A stretch of 60,437 bases of DNA from a virus (lineage: Duplodnaviria > Caudoviricetes). Position 1 is the stretch's first letter. Each line of letters starts with the position of its first letter. Below the pieces are notes generated by a model that ran no database searches, was not told the origin of the DNA, and was given only the letters and a program-made list of their open reading frames with translations. The position numbers and the translations under genes were made by a program. Location: IMG/VR virus record IMGVR_UViG_3300033148_004729, positions 1 through 60,437 of that record; one strand, 5' to 3'. Below are positions 56,243-60,437 of the stretch, piece after piece.

Positions 56243-56585
56243 TGGAGGCGGGAGCCTCTGGGAAGGAAAGTGGTTCTAGTTCGAGTCTGGGTCGCGGTTT
56301 CTGACCCTTCGTAAGTCGGGCGACGGCTCGCAGTGAGGTCAGAGCGGTGGTGGCGCCGCCATCGTGTCAGAGGCCGCAGACCTGGGTTCGAGCTTCGAAA
56401 AGGATAGACGGTTCCCTTTCCCCTCGCCCGGCTGTAGACCGGGTGGCACAAAACCGAGGGGTGCGTTGCCGGGAGGTTCAATTCCTTGGGGGACCACTGA
56501 TTGGCTTCAAATTGTTGACTGTGGATAGGCGACAGGACTGGCTCCTGTTCGCCTTATCGTCGCATGGCAGTTGACATCAGAGGCC
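56243..56585 (+). ncRNA. Candidate large structured non-coding RNA
   Basis: GNRA hairpin at 56244-56259; 28-bp rod 56278-56305/56366-56394 with 7 G-U pairs; tRNA-like domain; 3' rod at 56513-56576. Confidence 0.65.
56410..56496 (+). tRNA. Atypical tRNA-Tyr(GTA)-like element lacking a canonical D arm; CCA not encoded
   Basis: Acceptor GGTTCCC/GGGGACC plus A73; anticodon arm CCCGG-CTGTAGA-CCGGG; T arm GAGG-TTCAATT-CCTT; long variable region. Confidence 0.6.
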
Positions 56586-56612
56586 GGTGTGGTCGGAAAG
56601 AACAGGGGCGTC

Positions 56613-58100
56613 ATGCCAACGACACCGAGGAAGAAGAAGGGCTCTGCTTTGCCCGCCTTCGTGGTGGACAAGAAGGGGCTAGAGAAGATCATGGCGAGGC
56701 GCGGAAAGCACTTCGCTGTCATCGAGCTTGTACAAAACTCGCTCGACGAGGATGTGACCAAGGTCGATGTCGTTTTGGAGTCCCACGGTAAGCGCGGTCG
56801 ACACACCCTCCGAGTGACTGACGATTCGCCTGAGGGGTTCGCTGACATCCGGCACGCCTATACCCTCTTCGCCGAGTCCAACAAGAAGGCGGACCCGACG
56901 AAAATGGGCAGGTTCAACCTTGGGGAGAAGCTCGTGGTGGCAGCCTGTGACAAGGCAACAATCACGACCACCTCGGGGTGCGTCAAGTTCGATGGCGATG
57001 GGCGCGTGAACGGTCGGAAGAAGACCAAGGTCGGTTCCGTCTTCGAGGGCGTCATCAGGATGACTCGTGAGGAGGCGAAGAAGACGTCCGAGGTCTCTAA
57101 ACAGGTGCTCGTACCCGAAGGGGTCACGTTGACCTTCAACGGTGAGGTCATCGTTTCCAGGCAACCTGTTGCCCGGTTTGAGGCAATTCTCCCAACGGAG
57201 ATTGCTGATGACGAGGGTTACCTGCGACCGACCAAGCGCAAGACGACCGTCAGTGTCTATGAGCCTTGCGATGGAGAGGTCCCGGCCCTGTATGAGGTGG
57301 CGCTTCCAGTCGTTGAGACGGGCGACCAGTGGCACATCAGCATTGGCCAGAAAGTGCCGCTGAACATGGACCGGGACAATGTGACCCCGGCGTTTCTTCG
57401 GCGCGTGCGAACTCTGGTTCTCAACGAGATGGTCGACAAGCTGCCAGAGGACGACGCTGCGGCCTCCTGGGTCGGGGAGGCCCTCGGGGACCCCGGCGTA
57501 TCCAACGAGGCCGTGGGTGCTGTTCTGACGAAACGACATGGGGAGAAGCGGGTCATCAGGGATCCGTCGGACCCCGAGGCCAACAACCTGGCAGTGAGCG
57601 AGGGCTATTCCATCATCGAATCCCGCAGCTACACGAAGGGGCAGTGGGAGACCATCAGGCGTTCTGGTGCAGCGAAGCCTGCCGGACAGGTGACACCGAG
57701 CCCGAAGCCATACGGACCTGACGGTCGTGAGCCCAAGGAGATCCCGCAGGAGGAGTGGACCAATGGCATGAATGAGTCGGTTGGCTACGTCAAGGCGCTC
57801 GCCAAGGTTCTCCTCGGGTGCTCCATTTCTGTTCGGATCGTTGATGACACGGAGTGGAGGTTCTCGGCCACGTACGGCAAGGGTCGTCTGACTCTGAACA
57901 AGGGGTGTCTCGGCGGCGGGTGGTTCGAACGCGGGCCGTCCGTGATCGTCCACGAGCTTCTCATCCACGAGTTCGCGCACCACTTCGAAAACAACCACTT
58001 GAGCAGCGGGTACCATGACGCCTGCTGCTCGCTCGGGGCGAAGCTCGTCCAGTTGGCGATGGATGATCCGGCCTTTTTCTTGAAGTGGTGGAAGTCATGA
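56613..58100 (+). CDS. GHKL (HSP90-like) ATPase fused to a C-terminal HExxH zincin-like domain
   Basis: ELVQNSLD, V.DDSPEGF, GRFNLGEK, GS.F; LLIHEFAHH....H. Confidence 0.8.
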   Translation: MPTTPRKKKGSALPAFVVDKKGLEKIMARRGKHFAVIELVQNSLDEDVTKVDVVLESHGKRGRHTLRVTDDSPEGFADIRHAYTLFAESNKKADPTKMGRFNLGEKLVVAACDKATITTTSGCVKFDGDGRVNGRKKTKVGSVFEGVIRMTREEAKKTSEVSKQVLVPEGVTLTFNGEVIVSRQPVARFEAILPTEIADDEGYLRPTKRKTTVSVYEPCDGEVPALYEVALPVVETGDQWHISIGQKVPLNMDRDNVTPAFLRRVRTLVLNEMVDKLPEDDAAASWVGEALGDPGVSNEAVGAVLTKRHGEKRVIRDPSDPEANNLAVSEGYSIIESRSYTKGQWETIRRSGAAKPAGQVTPSPKPYGPDGREPKEIPQEEWTNGMNESVGYVKALAKVLLGCSISVRIVDDTEWRFSATYGKGRLTLNKGCLGGGWFERGPSVIVHELLIHEFAHHFENNHLSSGYHDACCSLGAKLVQLAMDDPAFFLKWWKS

Positions 58101-58161
58101 GACGGCCCAGACGAGGAGGGGTGGTTCTCTGGTCCGTTGGCTCCATTTCCAGGAGGTGATC

Positions 58162-58371
58162 ATGAGACAACGTGGGGATACGCCGAAATGTTGCGAGAAA
58201 GGAGAAAACTTCATTGAGTGGCACGAGGTGAGAGAATTGGTCGGTGTTGAGGATGATGGGTGGACCATGCTCGTCGCCGACAACATCAATCACCCGTCAT
58301 TCACTGGAGAGAACCACCAAGAGGTGATCCGGTTCTGTCCCTTCTGCGGGGAGCGCCTGCCGGAACCTTGA
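58162..58371 (+). CDS. Small Zn-ribbon protein
   Basis: KCCE...FCPFCGERL. Confidence 0.6.
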   Translation: MRQRGDTPKCCEKGENFIEWHEVRELVGVEDDGWTMLVADNINHPSFTGENHQEVIRFCPFCGERLPEP

Positions 58372-58395
58372 CAGACGGCCATTGTTGGTTATCCT
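58368..58395 (+). promoter_or_regulatory. Promoter of the TTGACAGACG class
   Basis: TTGACAGACGG...TATCCT, 16-nt spacer. Confidence 0.65.
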
Positions 58396-58419
58396 GATGT
58401 GAAGCAGCGGGAGGTAGGA

Positions 58420-59088
58420 GTGGCGGAAGAAGCCGAAGCATCTGTGGTTGTAGAGTCGAACGTCGCCATCATGGCGGTGCAGCACCTTGCGGAACAGGGG
58501 CGTAGCAAAGGCCAGTCGGCGAGGCTCATTGCCTCCAAAATACAGAGTGTTGTCGAAAACAGGTGGGGCACTTCCAAGGTACCTCGTTTCGAGGATGCCG
58601 AGGGTGGCGGTTGGCTCATCGACGTGAGTCCGGCGTTCGATGACGAGGCCATGTACGCCGTGGTCCGTTCGAAGGATGGTGTCCGGACGGTGACCCATAT
58701 CACCGAGGAGGAGGAGGCCATCAGGATGGCCATGCCAGAGGCACCTCCTGGGTCAGACGGCAAATCTCATCTTGGTGAGATGCCCTTGGCAACCGAGGTC
58801 GGCCTGGACCCGGCGAATCCCTCGGGGCCGTCGCTTGGTCAGCAGAACGTCATCCTCACCGAACAGCTTCGCGAGGCCGTCGAGGTCGTCGAGAAGCTCA
58901 CGCCGAAGGCCGACAGTCCGGCGCTTGTCCGCGTGAAGGAGGGTGAGGACAAGTGGCAGACGTTTTCGGTCATGTACAACACTGTAGGTGCGCTCGTGCA
59001 GGAGCTTTTGTCCAAGGGAACTACCCCCGACGACATCGAGGTCTGGATCAGCCGGCGGAAGCCGAAAGTCAAGGTGGAGCTGGAGTAG
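58420..59088 (+). CDS. Hypothetical protein
   Basis: SD before GTG 58420. Confidence 0.6.
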   Translation: MAEEAEASVVVESNVAIMAVQHLAEQGRSKGQSARLIASKIQSVVENRWGTSKVPRFEDAEGGGWLIDVSPAFDDEAMYAVVRSKDGVRTVTHITEEEEAIRMAMPEAPPGSDGKSHLGEMPLATEVGLDPANPSGPSLGQQNVILTEQLREAVEVVEKLTPKADSPALVRVKEGEDKWQTFSVMYNTVGALVQELLSKGTTPDDIEVWISRRKPKVKVELE

Positions 59089-59837
59089 TGGATCACGCCG
59101 CTCCACCACGGGGGCCCGACGGGCTTGACCTTGATATTCCGAGGAACGAAGAGGGGCTCCTCCAACCGATTTCGTGGGTGCAGCTATATGCGCTCTGGCT
59201 TGGCATGGCAACGAAGACGATCCCCGTGGAGGCGGCCTTCGACCTGTCCAAGTTGCCAGAGGTGCTCAAGGCTGACGACATCGTGGCGGTTCAGCCCATG
59301 ACGGCGCCGTGTGGGAAGTGGTGGAAGGAGGCAAAGACGAAGACGGCGATTGCGCTCAAGGTACCAGAGAGGCACCTCTTCCCAAACGTCGATGAGGAGA
59401 GTCGGCGCCAGTTCGTCGATGCGATTTTCAAACACAATTCTTCGTCGCGAGGGGTGTGCGACGAGTGTCCAGGCGTGGGCGAGTGCGACGACGACACTGA
59501 GCCCAAGGAGTGCGGGCCCAAGCTCTGTGAGCACGGCAGTGTCGAGGGGCAGTGTCCGTGGCCCGTAGGCGAGTGTGAGCACGCCGCGCCTGAGGACTAC
59601 ATATACGTCGATTACAAGGAATCCGGAGTAAAGGAATACGGAGTAGATGCCTTTCAAGCTCGGGTCGAGTATCCGAAGGTGAAGATGAAGCGTTCTCCGA
59701 AGCCTTTCTTCGAGGGTGGGCGTTTCATCGAGTACGGGTGGGGGTGGTCTGTCTATTGCCTTGCCAAGCCGAAGATGGACCCCGTCACCGGTGAGGTCAC
59801 CTGGGAGGACGACCCTGACACTATGGCGAGGTGGTGA
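59088..59837 (+). CDS. Hypothetical protein carrying a T4 gp23 capsid-like peptide
   Basis: ADDIVAVQPMTAPCG. Confidence 0.55.
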   Translation: MDHAAPPRGPDGLDLDIPRNEEGLLQPISWVQLYALWLGMATKTIPVEAAFDLSKLPEVLKADDIVAVQPMTAPCGKWWKEAKTKTAIALKVPERHLFPNVDEESRRQFVDAIFKHNSSSRGVCDECPGVGECDDDTEPKECGPKLCEHGSVEGQCPWPVGECEHAAPEDYIYVDYKESGVKEYGVDAFQARVEYPKVKMKRSPKPFFEGGRFIEYGWGWSVYCLAKPKMDPVTGEVTWEDDPDTMARW

Positions 59838-60067
59838 TGGACACGGTGCGGTGGTTCAAGGCGCAAGCGAAGAAGCTCCTCAAGGCGCACAGGGCCGGAG
59901 ACAACGAGGCCACGAAGCGCATCCGGAGGAAGGTTCGGAACATGAATCACGTTCACCTCCAAAAGGTGCAGCACGTCGTTGCCGTCGAGGCTGGCTTTGC
60001 CAATTGGAAAGCCCTCGTCGACGCCGACGACAAACAGCGACAGGCCTGTATCGAGACCTTGGGATGA
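59837..60067 (+). CDS. Small helical protein (K.QAKKLLK...Q..VA.E.GF..W..L family)
   Basis: Motif I recognise as an N-terminal module of some ankyrin/glyoxalase-related proteins. Confidence 0.55.
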   Translation: MDTVRWFKAQAKKLLKAHRAGDNEATKRIRRKVRNMNHVHLQKVQHVVAVEAGFANWKALVDADDKQRQACIETLG

Positions 60068-60339
60068 CTAGAGTGGTTTCCATTCGTGAGCCGAGTCTCG
60101 TGAAGGTGTTTGCCGAGGTGTTCCGAGAGAAGCTGAAGAAGATGAAGGAGGAGGAGATGTCGAAGGATACGATGGAGTATGTGGTCAAGAAGCCGGTCAC
60201 CAAAGTCGTCTTGATTGACGCTTTGATTCGCTGTACGAGCTGCGGCGGCTACAAGCCGGCCTCCGAGGTTGGGTTCCGTCGCATGAAAGATGGCGTGCTC
60301 CGGAACCAGCCTCAGTGCAAAGCCTGTCGGGCTGGGTGA
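60064..60339 (+). CDS. Zn-finger small protein
   Basis: CTSC...QPQCKAC. Confidence 0.55.
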   Translation: MTRVVSIREPSLVKVFAEVFREKLKKMKEEEMSKDTMEYVVKKPVTKVVLIDALIRCTSCGGYKPASEVGFRRMKDGVLRNQPQCKACRAG

Positions 60340-60437
60340 TGTCCCGCGATATCGACTGGGTGAGCTACATTGGGCGGCTCGTCTTTTGCTATGGGTGTGG
60401 TCGATTCGGGGTGCCCGCGAAGAACGGTCGTCCTCCT

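Noticed and set aside
56260-56460. RNase P RNA, 6S RNA, SRP RNA or tmRNA identity for the structured RNA
   Set aside because: GGAAAGT and ACAAAAC resemble RNase P motifs, but the P4 pairing and other conserved regions are missing; there is no SRP loop motif, no 6S-like long closing stem, and no tmRNA Ala acceptor or tag ORF
1-60437. Alternative genetic code or CRISPR array
   Set aside because: Genes end cleanly at TAG/TGA with tight operon packing; no regularly spaced direct repeats seen

Overview
GC-rich fragment of a large contractile-tailed (myovirus/jumbo-like) phage genome; no integrase, CRISPR array or rRNA is seen. 1-3.7 kb: a large CCA-adding tRNA nucleotidyltransferase carrying a LAGLIDADG intein. 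3.8-29.6 kb: tail module with a gp26-like chaperone (-1 slippery site), an HNH endonuclease wedged in front of the tape measure gene, LysM, hub, spike, gp25, baseplate J, a duplicated fibre/receptor-binding cassette, and a CIS-tube-like initiator. 29.9-39.8 kb: charged proteins that look like capsid-internal proteins, interspersed with holin/spanin-like genes. 39.8-60.4 kb: early/accessory region of many small ORFs behind sigma70-like promoters (shared TTGACAGACG motif), including ArdC, a SAM methyltransferase, a zeta-toxin-like kinase, a phosphoesterase and a GHKL-zincin fusion. Main observations: (1) a promoter-driven, highly structured ~340-nt intergenic RNA containing a D-arm-less tRNA-Tyr(GTA)-like domain without an encoded CCA; (2) a shared Glu-terminated leader motif suggesting a family of capsid-packaged, protease-processed proteins that may include the zeta-like kinase and the CCA enzyme; (3) a 1324-aa tape measure with only 3 lysines; (4) an HNH gene whose first 9 codons are a synonymously recoded copy of the tape-measure N-terminus; (5) an intein next to the CCA catalytic motif. 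All calls come from reading motifs by eye; no searches or folding programs were run.
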